Positions 38,344 through 48,992 of a stretch of 64,000 bases of DNA are shown one piece after another. Below the pieces are notes generated by a model. That model was not told where the DNA came from. It was given only the letters and a program-made list of their open reading frames with translations, and did no database searches. Positions within the stretch are counted from its first letter, which is position 1. Each line of letters starts with the position of its first letter. Made by a program: the position numbers and the translations under genes. The stretch spans positions 5,856,001 through 5,920,000 of the forward strand of contig OZ244042.1 of assembly GCA_965215015.1 (NCBI GenBank). The letters are read 5' to 3'. The DNA comes from Candidatus Poribacteria bacterium (GTDB lineage Bacteria > Poribacteria > WGA-4E > PCPOR2b).

Positions 38344-38772
38344 CTAATTCAACGAGGGCACTGCTGCGGTGCCAGAAAGTGCCACTTCTCGCGGCAACGG
38401 GGACGCATGGTGATGCACCATCTTCCAACCTTCACCCTCCTGTTTGAAAACGTTTGTCGCTTGGGCAAAGGATATACCCATCCTACCGTCGGCAAAGGTG
38501 TGGATAGATTCTACGCACGTCACCCAAGCAAATTGGTTATCGGTGTGGATCGCAACCTCGCTGGGCTGAATGTGCATTCGATGTGTGTTCTGGAAGATAT
38601 TTACCCAACTCGCCCGAATCTCCTCCCAGCCAGTGATTGTCTCCCAATTCGGATGAACACATTGCACCCAATTCGCTTGTAGCCATACGCTGTCCATCAT
38701 GTCAATATTCAGATTTTGCATTGCTTGATAAAAGTTGAGGTTTGCCTGCTCAACCTGCTGTTCGTCTGTCAT
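38344..38772 (-). CDS. SnoaL/NTF2-like protein
   Basis: ANLNFYQA, CVHP.W..I.GW..I..SW, ATNVF, WKMVHHHASP. Confidence 0.88.
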   Translation of the reverse strand: MTDEQQVEQANLNFYQAMQNLNIDMMDSVWLQANWVQCVHPNWETITGWEEIRASWVNIFQNTHRMHIQPSEVAIHTDNQFAWVTCVESIHTFADGRMGISFAQATNVFKQEGEGWKMVHHHASPLPREVALSGTAAVPSLN

Positions 38773-38801
38773 TTGCTTCTCCTCCGTTGACGTTCACCTG
38801 T

Positions 38802-39437
38802 CTATGTCTGCCTTCGCCCGAGCCAACCGTCGAAAACTGCATATCCCCAAAAGAGCAGGAGTTGAATCAGCCCGGTAATCTTAAACTGCCAGCGGGGGCG
38901 GAACCGCCATTGGGCGGTGCTATAAACGTCTAACCCATATTCGCTTTTCCTCACAGAATATGTCTGGTAGTAATCATCTATTAACCACCAGCTGCCCTCC
39001 TTTTTCGTTGAAACTGTCGCCCCTCTATAAATTAAGACTTTATGCTTCCGAAACTCCTTTACTAGTTCCGCTGAAAGTGCTTTTTTGTCTACCAGATAGC
39101 TTCCTAAATCTGCGGTAATCCGAAACATGAACCTGCTATCGGATGTGTATAGGGTGTAACCGCGCCATTGCTTCGGGGCCTTATCTTCCGAAGTCGAATC
39201 AGTTGTTTCTGAATGTGGTTCCGTTTGTTCTGCTGCCCCCTGTTCAGTTCGATCTATGCGAATCAGATCTCGCCAACTGGTCACGGGCAATGAATTGGCG
39301 TAGATAAGCAGCATTGCAGAGATCGCACCTATAAATATAAGGACACCCTTCAACAGCTGACGCAGATAAATCTGTCCCAATCCGGGAATAATCATTGACA
39401 GCAGCATAGCCCGGTAAGATCGCATTCCTTTTTCCAT
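38802..39437 (-). CDS. hypothetical membrane protein (PGLGQ-motif N-terminus)
   Basis: LLSMIIPGLGQIY...KG, TM helices at both ends. Confidence 0.7.
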   Translation of the reverse strand: MEKGMRSYRAMLLSMIIPGLGQIYLRQLLKGVLIFIGAISAMLLIYANSLPVTSWRDLIRIDRTEQGAAEQTEPHSETTDSTSEDKAPKQWRGYTLYTSDSRFMFRITADLGSYLVDKKALSAELVKEFRKHKVLIYRGATVSTKKEGSWWLIDDYYQTYSVRKSEYGLDVYSTAQWRFRPRWQFKITGLIQLLLFWGYAVFDGWLGRRQT

Positions 39438-39490
39438 TCTGATTCTCCTTAGTACAAGTACACACCAGCTTTACGTTTCACCTCACACGG

Positions 39491-40807
39491 TCATTTTTTT
39501 ATCTTTTCCAAATACTCGCGGATGCGCTGTTCATATCCAATCTCGGTGGGTTCATAGTACCGTTTATCGCGCAAGGCATCGGGGAGGTAATCCTGTTGCA
39601 CGGTGTGGTCTTCAAAATCGTGAGCGTACTTGTATTCCTTTCCGTAACCGAGTTCCTTCATTAGCTGTGTCGGCGCGTTTCGCAGGTGAAGCGGTACGGG
39701 ATAGGCGGGTTCTTCGCGCACACTTTTCTGCGCTGCAAGCAGAGCCAGATACGCAGCGTTGCTTTTTGGGGCGCAGGCGAGATAGATAGCGGCGTGTGCC
39801 AAGTTCAATTGTGCCTCTGGGAGCCCGACAAATTCAACCGCCCGGGCAGCTGCATCTGCAATCAGTAACCCCTGCGGGTCCGCGTTTCCAACATCCTCAG
39901 AAGCGAGGATTACCATGCGCCGCGCAATAAAGCGCGCATCTTCTCCCGCTTCCAAGAGGCGTGCGAGCCAATAGATGGCGGCATCGGGATCGGATCCACG
40001 TATACTCTTAATGAAAGCAGAAATTAAGTTATAGTGTTCATCGCCCGACTTGTCATGGCGCAACATCCGCTTTTGCACAGCACTGCGGATAGTTTCGGCA
40101 TCCAGGTGGCGCACCTGTTGCTCATCGGGTTTGCAGGTCTGTACGGCGAGCTCCAATGCGTTGAGGGCAAGGCGCACATCTCCATCAGCCACCTGAATTA
40201 AAGCAGCTGTGGCGTTCTCCGAAAGCGAAACCCGATACCTACCCAACCCCCGGTCGACGTCGGATAGAGCGCGGGCTAGTAACTGGCCGATATGGGTTGA
40301 TTCCAATGGACAGAAGGGATACACCTGCATCCGGGAGAGGAGGGGCGCATTGACCTCAAAGGAGGGATTTTCGGTTGTTGCACCGATCAGCACAAGTGTA
40401 CCATCCTCCACGAAGGAGAGCAGAAAATCCTGTTGCGCTTTATTGAAACGGTGGATTTCGTCCAAGAACAAAATCGTCCGTTGATTGTGGAATTTCAGGC
40501 GTTCTTCAGCTTGAGCAATCTGCTTACGTAATGCTGGCACCCCGGTTGTGCTGGCGTTGACATGCTCGAAATGCGCCTTTGTGCATTGAGCGATGATTTG
40601 CGCCAAAGTGGTTTTCCCACAGCCCGGTGGTCCCCAGAAAATGCAGGATGTCACCGTATCACCCGCAATCGCAAGGTAGAGGGGCTGCTCCGGTGCCAAT
40701 AGATGGTCCTGCCCTACAAATTCGTCAAGCGTATCGGGCCGCATCCGGTGCGCTAGGGGACCAGATTTTTTCCGGTTCTCCTGTAGATTCTGGTCAAACA
40801 GGTCCAT
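39491..40807 (-). CDS. rarA: replication-associated recombination protein A
   Basis: PLAHRMRP, WGPPGCGKTT, DEIHRFNKAQQD, ATTENPSF, KSIRGSD, SEDVGNAD, VPLHLRNAP. Confidence 0.96.
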   Translation of the reverse strand: MDLFDQNLQENRKKSGPLAHRMRPDTLDEFVGQDHLLAPEQPLYLAIAGDTVTSCIFWGPPGCGKTTLAQIIAQCTKAHFEHVNASTTGVPALRKQIAQAEERLKFHNQRTILFLDEIHRFNKAQQDFLLSFVEDGTLVLIGATTENPSFEVNAPLLSRMQVYPFCPLESTHIGQLLARALSDVDRGLGRYRVSLSENATAALIQVADGDVRLALNALELAVQTCKPDEQQVRHLDAETIRSAVQKRMLRHDKSGDEHYNLISAFIKSIRGSDPDAAIYWLARLLEAGEDARFIARRMVILASEDVGNADPQGLLIADAAARAVEFVGLPEAQLNLAHAAIYLACAPKSNAAYLALLAAQKSVREEPAYPVPLHLRNAPTQLMKELGYGKEYKYAHDFEDHTVQQDYLPDALRDKRYYEPTEIGYEQRIREYLEKIKK

Positions 40808-40861
40808 GACTATCCACCCCCAATAGATTGGGATTTCGCCGCACTCAACCTACAATATACT

Positions 40862-41082
40862 TGAGGGATGCTCATAAAGGAATCGGCACGCCCCGCGCAC
40901 CGTAAACCCCACAACCGTTATGGCAGATGGCTTGGTGAATACTCAACTTCCATTAAACTCGCACAGAATCGGAAAAAACATAGCCCTCCCGACTCCATAG
41001 GTAGGGCATCTTGCCCCACCGACTCATTGATCTCCATACCCGTCGGGCGTCCACGCGTAATCTGACCGATGAGCACTCCTCA
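40862..41082. mobile_element. MITE-like element with terminal inverted repeats, copy 1
   Basis: Ends TGAGGGATGCTCAT and ATGAGCACTCCTCA; homologous to 55650-55897. Confidence 0.65.
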
Positions 41083-41354
41083 CATAAATCAACTTGTCCG
41101 TAGTAGCACAATTCATTGCACGTTTGGTCGTAGCACAATCCATGGCACGTTAACGCCATTAAACTCACACCGAATCCGAAAAAACATAGCCCTCTCGACT
41201 CCATAGGTAGGGCATCTTGCCCCACCGACTCATTGATCTCCATACCCGTCGGGCGTCCACGCGTAATCGGACTGATGAGCACTCCTCACATAAATCAACT
41301 TGTCCGTAGTAGTGCAATTCATGGCACGTTTGGTAGTAGCGCGTTCATTGCGCG
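40950..41354. repeat. 206-bp tandem duplication (MITE right part plus two REPs)
   Basis: 40950-41155 is repeated from 41156 with few mismatches. Confidence 0.92.
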
Positions 41355-41405
41355 TCACAAGTTAGGGGGGCGGTGGAGCCTCTTGACCCATCTACCACTT
41401 GGTAA

Positions 41406-41711
41406 CTATTCTTCCGTCAATTGATGTACAACGCTATCTATCTTGTCGTCCATTGTCTGCTCTCTGTCAATGCGTGTGCCGAACTTGAGCGTTGTGCTTA
41501 TCCGAGGCGCACCCATCTCATGGACAACCCGATGACACTGCTCAATTGCAGCGAAGACCGTATCCCAATCCCCCTCGATATTGGTGCCGTAGGCGTGTAG
41601 TTTGATTTTTAACCCTGCGTCCCGGAGGACACGTTCACACGCAGCAACGTATTTGGAGACTGACACGCCGACGCCTATCGGTACGACACATAGATCTGCG
41701 ATGACATTCAT
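41406..41711 (-). CDS. MTH1187/YkoF thiamine-binding protein family
   Basis: VVPIG..VSVSKYVA, HAYGTNIEG, GAPRI. Confidence 0.9.
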   Translation of the reverse strand: MNVIADLCVVPIGVGVSVSKYVAACERVLRDAGLKIKLHAYGTNIEGDWDTVFAAIEQCHRVVHEMGAPRISTTLKFGTRIDREQTMDDKIDSVVHQLTEE

Positions 41712-42739
41712 GTTAAATTTCTCCTATCCCCTAAAATTTCATCTCTATAGGCGAATAGGGCAGGTGTTCCGCCGGTGTGTACAAACACCACCGTTTGATC
41801 CGCCGTAAACTGCCCCTGCCGGATGTGGTCAATCACCCCCCCAAACGTCTTGCCCGTATAAACCGGATCTAGCACCAACGCCTCTGTTTGTGCAGCCAAG
41901 ATGACTGCTTCTTTGCTACCGGGTGTCACCACGCCGTAGGCTTCGCCTGCGTATTCCCCATAACTCTCAAAATCAGCCCCCGAAAAATCCAGATCCAGAT
42001 CAAGTATCTGAGACACTTCGTTGGCGACTTTTGCGAGGTTCGTGTTTGATACTGCATTGTCCTGTGGACTGGGACTGATCCCCACAATCCTCAATGGTAT
42101 CCCCAATGCCCGGGCCCCAACCACCAATCCCACATGGGTGTGTACCCCTGAGCAGACATAGAGTGCATCGGGATAGATATCTCGCTCTTGAAGTTGATCC
42201 CATAGTTCAAGGAAACCGTCCACATAAGATACGCTTCGCAGGTAGTATCCATCGCTGCTGGTGTTATATACCCGACGACCTTCCGATTCTAGGCGTTCAA
42301 GCACCACTTCTCTCTCTTCAGGAGTCTCGACTAGATGGACCTCTGCCCCGAAGAGGTGGGTCAGCAGCAAATTCCCGTTCACCGGTTCAGCGTGAGCGTC
42401 CTTCCTGCCTACCATCACCGCTTTCAACCCCAATCGTGCTGCGACCGCCGCTGTCAACCGCGACTGGTTGGACTGGGACGCGGCACCATGCAACAGGACA
42501 TCGTATCCCTCCTCCACCGCGGGAGCAACAGAATACTCGAACTCCCGGACCTTATTTCCTCCAAACGCCATCCCGGTCTGATCTTCCCGTTTTACTAGGA
42601 TGCGTGGACCATCTAAGGCTGTGGATAGGCGTGGACAGTCGAGCAGTGGTGTCGGCAGGTCTGCCAAAGACAACCTCGGCAGTCGGTCAAGACGCGCTCG
42701 CAGTGCGTCAGCAGTAATAACAGTTTTTATATTTGACAT
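41708..42739 (-). CDS. D-cysteine desulfhydrase/ACC deaminase family PLP enzyme
   Basis: PTPL, KREDQTG.AFGGNKVR (PLP Lys), QSN, LDPVYTGK, VHTGG. Confidence 0.9.
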   Translation of the reverse strand: MSNIKTVITADALRARLDRLPRLSLADLPTPLLDCPRLSTALDGPRILVKREDQTGMAFGGNKVREFEYSVAPAVEEGYDVLLHGAASQSNQSRLTAAVAARLGLKAVMVGRKDAHAEPVNGNLLLTHLFGAEVHLVETPEEREVVLERLESEGRRVYNTSSDGYYLRSVSYVDGFLELWDQLQERDIYPDALYVCSGVHTHVGLVVGARALGIPLRIVGISPSPQDNAVSNTNLAKVANEVSQILDLDLDFSGADFESYGEYAGEAYGVVTPGSKEAVILAAQTEALVLDPVYTGKTFGGVIDHIRQGQFTADQTVVFVHTGGTPALFAYRDEILGDRRNLT

Positions 42740-42763
42740 AGGAACTCCTGTTCAAAAAGAGAT

Positions 42764-42919
42764 TAGGAATTACGCATTTGAGTTTGTACTAGCGCGTTCA
42801 TTGTGCCTCCTTAAGGTAGTAGGCATACGCCGTTGTGCCAAACCCCCTTCCCTCCGCTTGCGGGGGCAGTTTGTAGTAGCGCGTTCATTGCGCGTCACAA
42901 GTTAGGTGGGGTAAGTCCT
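42764..42919. mobile_element. MITE-like composite with imperfect TIRs
   Basis: AGGAATTACGC ... GGGTAAGTCCT enclosing two REP-like units. Confidence 0.55.
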
Positions 42920-42948
42920 CCGTCTGCGGGGGGAGGGGGGGTGAAGTT

Positions 42949-45900
42949 TCAATCATCCGCACGCTCCACAACAAGAGGCATGTCTTCAAATATTGGCTCG
43001 GTCACCGGATCACGCTTAATGAATAACTCGCGCACATCCGCCGTTATCGCATATAACGCGGGCATGACAAACACCGTCAGAAGGGTCGCCGCAGACAGTC
43101 CGAAGATAATTGTATACGCAATCGGCATCCAAATCGGGGACTTACCTCCCAAACCAATTGCCATCGGAATTAAGCCGCAGATTGTGGTGACAGAGGTCAA
43201 GATAATCGGACGCAATCGAACGCTCCCGCCTTTTAAGATGGCTCGCCACTTATTATAACCGTGTGCCCGGTACTGATTTATAAAATCTATCATCACAATA
43301 GAGTCGTTGACAACGATTCCCGCCAATGCAACAGTGCCGAACAGCGCGATCATGCTCAATGGTGCTCCAATGATTAACAATCCAACCATTGAACCCATAA
43401 TGCCAAACGGCACCGCAAAGAGAATAATGATCGGCTGAATAAACGACTTGAACTGTGTTCCTAATATAACGTACATGACTAAAATTCCAACGATAAATAG
43501 CCTTCCGAGTTCGCCAAATGATTCATTAATCTGGTCGAAGACCCCTCGGAAATCGAGACGATAACCGGGATAAAGCGATTCAATATCCTTGAAACTCTGA
43601 ATCAATACTTGATTGACGGAGAAGGAATTCGTTTTGCTCCCGTCCACTGCGGCGGAGACAGTAATTGCCCGCTCATTCTCAAAGCGGCGAATTTCCGAAT
43701 ATCCACCCTCCTCATGCGCTTCAGCTACATCCCTGAGCGGGACCATCGTTCCGTTCACGGTTGGAATCAGCAGCTCCTCAAGATTGGCGATTGACTGCAA
43801 ATCATCAGAATCGTATTTCACAACAACATCAATCGATTCATCGGCATCGCGATAGGTTGTCGTTATATTTCCTTCGAGGGCATTGCGGACATTGTAAGCG
43901 ATTTGAAAGATATTCAAGCCGTACTGATGGGCCCTATCTTCCTTAACACGCAGGCGGATTTCCGATTTCCCTGTCACAAAATCATCCCGTATATCATAAA
44001 CGCCGTCCATCTGATGTAATTTCTCTTGGAGTGCATTGGCAATTTTTTCTAACGGCTCGAACCGTTCCCCTTTAATCTTCACCTCCACATCTGTTCCCTG
44101 TGGCGGTCCCCCTTGTTGTGAATCAAATGTGAGTTTTTCAATGCCGCTGATTGCCTCGACCTTCCGCCGGAGACCTGCAATAATCTCATCTGTACTTCGC
44201 ACGCGTTGATCCTTCGGGACTAATTCAACAAGCACTTCGCCGACGTTGGAGCGGACGCTTGAGCCTTCTAGCAGAGAGGTTGGTGTGATCAAGCCGATGT
44301 TTGTAACGACCGCGACGCGTTCATCAGATGGCAGAGACATGGCAACTTCCTCGACCTTTGCTAAAACAGCGGAGGTCTCTTTTAGACCGAACGAGGGCGG
44401 CATCTCCGCTTTGATATAAAATTGCGGAAAATCTTCGCCGGGGAACAGCTGCCTTTCTAACTGCAAGAATGCGCCGATACAGACCAATACCCCAAAGGCT
44501 AAGACACCACAGACGACTACATAACGCCAGCGAATGGTCAGTTTTAGAATACGCACATAACGTCTTCGGATTCGATCGAACCATACATGTCGCCGTTGTG
44601 TTCGACTTTGCGCCTTACCCCACTCGGCAATATGGGACGGCAAAATCATGAAGACCTCAAACAACGATGCGATTATCACCAAAATAGCAGTGATAGGAAC
44701 GATTCGCAGAAACTGCCCCGAAGTGCCAGACATAAACATGAGGGGCCCAAACGCAGCAATTGTCGTTAGACTTGCCGCGAAGACGGGCCAGGCTACCTCC
44801 TGAGCTCCGGCGACTGCCGCTGCTTTGGGGGACATCCCTTCCTGAATGCGACGGAACACGTTTTCAATGACAACGATTGCATCATCGACAACGATGCCAA
44901 CCACGAGAATTAAGCCGAATAGTGTGACGCCGCTCAGGGTATATCCTGACCAATGCAGAAAGAAGAAGGTTGCCATAAATGCAACCGGAATACCTAATGC
45001 GGCAAAAAGCGCGTTCCGCCACCCCAAAAAAATATAGAGCAGCACAACAACCAAGATCAGTCCAAAAACCGCATTGTTTTGTAGGATTCCCAACCGTTCC
45101 TGCAAAATGACAGAATAATCGTTCACCACCGAGAGTTCCGTTCCTTCTGGGAGGTTCTGTTTACGCTGCTCGACCAGTTCCCGAATCTGCTTGACCAATT
45201 TGATAGTATTGCCCTCAGTCTTCTTTTGGGCAGATAGGCTGATCGATGGCTGACCGTTGATATGCGATAGTGTCCGCGGTTTTTCATAGGTATCGGACAC
45301 GGTTGCAACATCGCGTACCCGCAGTGGCGTTCCAGTCGGTCGAGCGCGTATAATTGTGTCTTCAATCTCCTCCATATTGCTAAACTCCCCCATTGTGCGG
45401 ACCAGATACTCCGATGTTCCCATTTCTAATGTGCCAGCAGGGAGGTTCAGATTATGCATTCTCAGTGCACTGATGACCGCTTCGATAGGGAGATGATATG
45501 CCTTTAACTGATCCGGATCGACTTCGACCCAAATTTCCCTTGCCCGCACCCCCGCCAGCCGGACAGCAGCGACGTTTTCAATTTCAAGAATCTCATCTTT
45601 CAGATTCTCAGCAATTTCCCTCATCTGATCTTCCGAAATCTCCCCACCGACGACAATGGTCAACATCGGAAAACCGCTTGATGTATCAATCTCCAGCACC
45701 TGGGGTTCGTCCAGTATCTCAGTCGGCAGGTCATTGACTCTATCAACTGCCATCCGAAGGCTCTGGAATTCTTTGTCAAATTCGCGTTCACTAATTTCTT
45801 CAAACTGGATTGTGATTAATGATCTGCCTTCTGATGATATTGATGCAACGATATCAGTTTTGTTGACGTTCTCTTCGATTGCGTCCTCGATCGGTACAGT

Positions 45901-46089
45901 GACCAGTTTTTCAACATCTTCTGAGGAAGCACCGGGATAGAATGTGGTTACTGTTGCGGCGTGGAAAGAGATTTCGGGCGTCAATTCTCTGGGGAGGACA
46001 ATCCAAGCGTAGACACCGAATATGATGATGACAATCATGAGCAGATTCGCTAGGACGGGATTACTTACAGATAGTTTCGGGACAGACAT
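42949..46089 (-). CDS. RND efflux permease (AcrB/CusA-like)
   Basis: GIVVDDAIVVIENV, GIVVNDSIV, RLRPIILTS, two large periplasmic loops, 1046 aa. Confidence 0.95.
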   Translation of the reverse strand: MSVPKLSVSNPVLANLLMIVIIIFGVYAWIVLPRELTPEISFHAATVTTFYPGASSEDVEKLVTVPIEDAIEENVNKTDIVASISSEGRSLITIQFEEISEREFDKEFQSLRMAVDRVNDLPTEILDEPQVLEIDTSSGFPMLTIVVGGEISEDQMREIAENLKDEILEIENVAAVRLAGVRAREIWVEVDPDQLKAYHLPIEAVISALRMHNLNLPAGTLEMGTSEYLVRTMGEFSNMEEIEDTIIRARPTGTPLRVRDVATVSDTYEKPRTLSHINGQPSISLSAQKKTEGNTIKLVKQIRELVEQRKQNLPEGTELSVVNDYSVILQERLGILQNNAVFGLILVVVLLYIFLGWRNALFAALGIPVAFMATFFFLHWSGYTLSGVTLFGLILVVGIVVDDAIVVIENVFRRIQEGMSPKAAAVAGAQEVAWPVFAASLTTIAAFGPLMFMSGTSGQFLRIVPITAILVIIASLFEVFMILPSHIAEWGKAQSRTQRRHVWFDRIRRRYVRILKLTIRWRYVVVCGVLAFGVLVCIGAFLQLERQLFPGEDFPQFYIKAEMPPSFGLKETSAVLAKVEEVAMSLPSDERVAVVTNIGLITPTSLLEGSSVRSNVGEVLVELVPKDQRVRSTDEIIAGLRRKVEAISGIEKLTFDSQQGGPPQGTDVEVKIKGERFEPLEKIANALQEKLHQMDGVYDIRDDFVTGKSEIRLRVKEDRAHQYGLNIFQIAYNVRNALEGNITTTYRDADESIDVVVKYDSDDLQSIANLEELLIPTVNGTMVPLRDVAEAHEEGGYSEIRRFENERAITVSAAVDGSKTNSFSVNQVLIQSFKDIESLYPGYRLDFRGVFDQINESFGELGRLFIVGILVMYVILGTQFKSFIQPIIILFAVPFGIMGSMVGLLIIGAPLSMIALFGTVALAGIVVNDSIVMIDFINQYRAHGYNKWRAILKGGSVRLRPIILTSVTTICGLIPMAIGLGGKSPIWMPIAYTIIFGLSAATLLTVFVMPALYAITADVRELFIKRDPVTEPIFEDMPLVVERADD

Positions 46090-46123
46090 GGAAGACAGAT
46101 CTCCTTATTTGTGCTAGTCAGAT

Positions 46124-46921
46124 TTATTCCTCTCTATATTCAGCGAGGGTTTGCAAACATTCTTCATGTATCTTTCCATTCGTTGAGAGAAAGGGAACAT
46201 TATCCCCGTGATAGACTGAGGAATTGGGTGATAACGGAAACAGCGGTGCACCGGATGGATGAGTGATATTTCCACCGGCTTCTTGCAGAATAACAGCCGC
46301 AGCAGCGATATCCCAGAGCTTTGTGTAGAAATCTAGGCTTCCATCAAAGTAACCGGTGGCAACCGAACAGATGTGAAGTGCTGCAGAGCCAAGGCTGCGC
46401 CCTTTGCCACACTTCTGTATGAATGGATGAAGTGTTTCGAGGACCGGCGATCCAAATCCAAATAGTCCAATAGGGTCTAATTTTTTGTGGTCGTTGACAG
46501 AAATAGAAGCCCCGTTCAACGTTGCCCCACCGCCCTTGACCGCGCTGAACAGCCGATCGGTGTTGGGGTCAAACACCACACCGAGGACCGGGGCCCCGTT
46601 GTGCAGCAGCCCGATCGCAACCGCAAAGATCGGACAATGCGCTGCATAATTTGCTGTTCCATCCAGGGGATCTGTGACCCAACAGTTGTCAGATTGTACC
46701 GCCGACATGCCAAATTCCTCGCCGAGGATGGCATAATCTGGAAAACGGGATTCTAACCGTTCTGTGATAAGTTTTTCGGAAGTTTTGTCCGCCTCAGTTA
46801 CAATATCACCAATACCCTTATAATCAATATGACGAATTTCTCCATAATAACCCATCAAAATGTCACCGGCTTCTCGGGCGATTCCCTCAACCGATTTTAG
46901 GATTTCTGCGGGTTCGTGCAT
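46124..46921 (-). CDS. suhB: inositol monophosphatase family
   Basis: VTEAD, GEE, WVTDPLDGT.NY, GSAAL, WDIAA. Confidence 0.88.
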   Translation of the reverse strand: MHEPAEILKSVEGIAREAGDILMGYYGEIRHIDYKGIGDIVTEADKTSEKLITERLESRFPDYAILGEEFGMSAVQSDNCWVTDPLDGTANYAAHCPIFAVAIGLLHNGAPVLGVVFDPNTDRLFSAVKGGGATLNGASISVNDHKKLDPIGLFGFGSPVLETLHPFIQKCGKGRSLGSAALHICSVATGYFDGSLDFYTKLWDIAAAAVILQEAGGNITHPSGAPLFPLSPNSSVYHGDNVPFLSTNGKIHEECLQTLAEYREE

Positions 46922-46954
46922 TCAGTTTATGACTCCTTTCGTGAAGTCAAGCTT

Positions 46955-48958
46955 CTAATCGGGGTTTGTTACTGCTTCAAGCTGCTGTTTCAAAGTACCG
47001 AGCCGCAGACGCACCACACGATTGCGGGGATTGATTTTAAGGAATCCGCTCCATAATACCTCTGCTTTATCGGTATGCCCTTGTGAGATGTAGTATTCAC
47101 CGAGGGCAATAGGTGCTGCATGAGATCTCGGATCCTTTTCCATTGATGCTTTGAACTCCACAATCGCAGTATCGGTGTCTCCTTTGAGGAGAGCTAGCTG
47201 CCCATTTCCATAGGGTACCAGTGCGTGATCAGGATGTTCGGTGGCAAGTATGTTAAGTATCTCCTGCGCGTTATTTTCCATCTCGCTTTTGTAGTACGCC
47301 ATCGCTGCATGCACCTTGGCGTAGATCGCCCGGTTGTCGAGGAGGTGTTTTTCAGCGGGTTGCGTCGAATGTTTTTTCTGCTGTTCTGCAAGACGCGCAG
47401 CACCTTGATATTTTGTTTTTGCCCAGATGTAATTGCCGTATTTGTAGCAGATTGCCCCCAGCTCTATTTCGCTTTCGTAACTATTGTGTCCTTTAGCGAG
47501 GTCATCAAAAAGTGCTGCCCGGGGTCGATTGTCCAGATGGCGGAAAAGCACATAAGCAAGGCTCCCGAGCGCGTCGGTATAATCCGTTTTGACTGCGATG
47601 GCACGCTCACAAAATTCTGCCTCTTTTGCATAATCACCCATTTTCTGGTGGACAAGCCCTAATTTCCAATAAATCTCCGGGTCTTTGCTCCGGTTCATTC
47701 CCACAATAGAATTATAAGTTTCAATGGCTCGTTGGTACTCTTGATCGAGATACTGGTTGTCCCCTGTCATCATGACAGCCTCGAGGACGTTTATATCTCT
47801 TCTCACCGCTTCTCTTAAGACTTCTGCCGCGCGCTGGTACATGCCGACCTTCCGGTAGCAGACCGATAAACGGAGAAAGCTATACGGATCAATCCGTGCG
47901 TTCTGGCGCTTGGCGAGTTCGATGGCATAAAAGAATAGTACGCCAGCATCTCGATACTCTTGAAACTGCAACTTCAAGAAAGCAACTTTAAGCACCGTGT
48001 CGTGATAAAATATTTCCTCTAAGCTTTCATAGTGCCCTTCTTGCATTATCGTCTCCCTATAGGGTACCATGACCTCTTCGGGGTTTACACCAAAGCCGGA
48101 GTCTGGGAAATTACTTGGCATTCCCGTTGCCGGACTAGACTCAAAACCTGCCGCCTCACGTTCTGCGCGGCGTCGATCTCGGTAATTGAGTCTGCGATTA
48201 TACTCCGTTGCGAGTTCCTGTGCATCCGGCTCGTCCGGTTTGGGGATAGTTGCCCCCATCAGTTGGAGTGCCTTTTTTGCTTCCTCAACCGATTCTTCTG
48301 TGCCCTCGATTGCTCCATACTGCTTAACAAGAGACTGATAGGTTTCTGTGGCAGCGGCTTGATTCTTGAGGTATTTCTGTTCAATTCTGGCTTTATTAAC
48401 CAACGCCTGCGTCGCACGCTTGCCTTCCGGGTGGCGGTTTGCCACGTTATCGTAAACTTCTGCAGCTCGTTCATAATTACTCGCTTCCTCGTAGCTTTTT
48501 GCCAACATCAGTTGGGCATTATGACTACGTTCCGACATCGGAAATTGGTTGACAATGGTGTCAAAGGATTGTCGCGCCGATTGATAGTCTTTTGCTTTGA
48601 AGGCGTAAACCCCCAAGTGCCAATGTGCTTCGGCAGCTTCTTCGCTGTCAGGTGCCGCAGCGAGAAGGTCTTGGTAAACTTTTGCTCCCTGTTCGGGCCA
48701 ATTCATTTTTTCGCTATACAACTTGGCGATGCCTAATTGCGCTTGGCGAGCCTGTGGGGTTCCGGGCTTGGAATCGATGATTGACTGATAAGCATCGATC
48801 GCGCCTTGATAGTCTTTCTCTTGGATAAGTTGGTGTATCTGTTCGTCCATGCCCTTTGAAATACAGGCGTATTGGGTTATCGCCACCAGGGCGACTAATA
48901 AAAAGAAGATGCTACATCTAATAGCTCCGATGGCATCGGGATTCAAAGCAACTTTCAT
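46955..48958 (-). CDS. TPR lipoprotein, paralog 1 (lacks the C-terminal domain)
   Basis: TQYAC lipobox-like motif, BamD/YbgF-like TPRs, second TPR block; AGGAGG RBS before ATG 48958. Confidence 0.85.
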   Translation of the reverse strand: MKVALNPDAIGAIRCSIFFLLVALVAITQYACISKGMDEQIHQLIQEKDYQGAIDAYQSIIDSKPGTPQARQAQLGIAKLYSEKMNWPEQGAKVYQDLLAAAPDSEEAAEAHWHLGVYAFKAKDYQSARQSFDTIVNQFPMSERSHNAQLMLAKSYEEASNYERAAEVYDNVANRHPEGKRATQALVNKARIEQKYLKNQAAATETYQSLVKQYGAIEGTEESVEEAKKALQLMGATIPKPDEPDAQELATEYNRRLNYRDRRRAEREAAGFESSPATGMPSNFPDSGFGVNPEEVMVPYRETIMQEGHYESLEEIFYHDTVLKVAFLKLQFQEYRDAGVLFFYAIELAKRQNARIDPYSFLRLSVCYRKVGMYQRAAEVLREAVRRDINVLEAVMMTGDNQYLDQEYQRAIETYNSIVGMNRSKDPEIYWKLGLVHQKMGDYAKEAEFCERAIAVKTDYTDALGSLAYVLFRHLDNRPRAALFDDLAKGHNSYESEIELGAICYKYGNYIWAKTKYQGAARLAEQQKKHSTQPAEKHLLDNRAIYAKVHAAMAYYKSEMENNAQEILNILATEHPDHALVPYGNGQLALLKGDTDTAIVEFKASMEKDPRSHAAPIALGEYYISQGHTDKAEVLWSGFLKINPRNRVVRLRLGTLKQQLEAVTNPD

Positions 48959-48992
48959 GTTTGTCCTCCTTTGAGTCGTTAGCAATGTAATC

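Noticed and set aside
40950-41354. CRISPR array in the REP clusters or coiled-coil repeats
   Set aside because: No constant repeat with unique equal-length spacers and no cas genes; the coiled-coil repeats are in-frame coding repeats.
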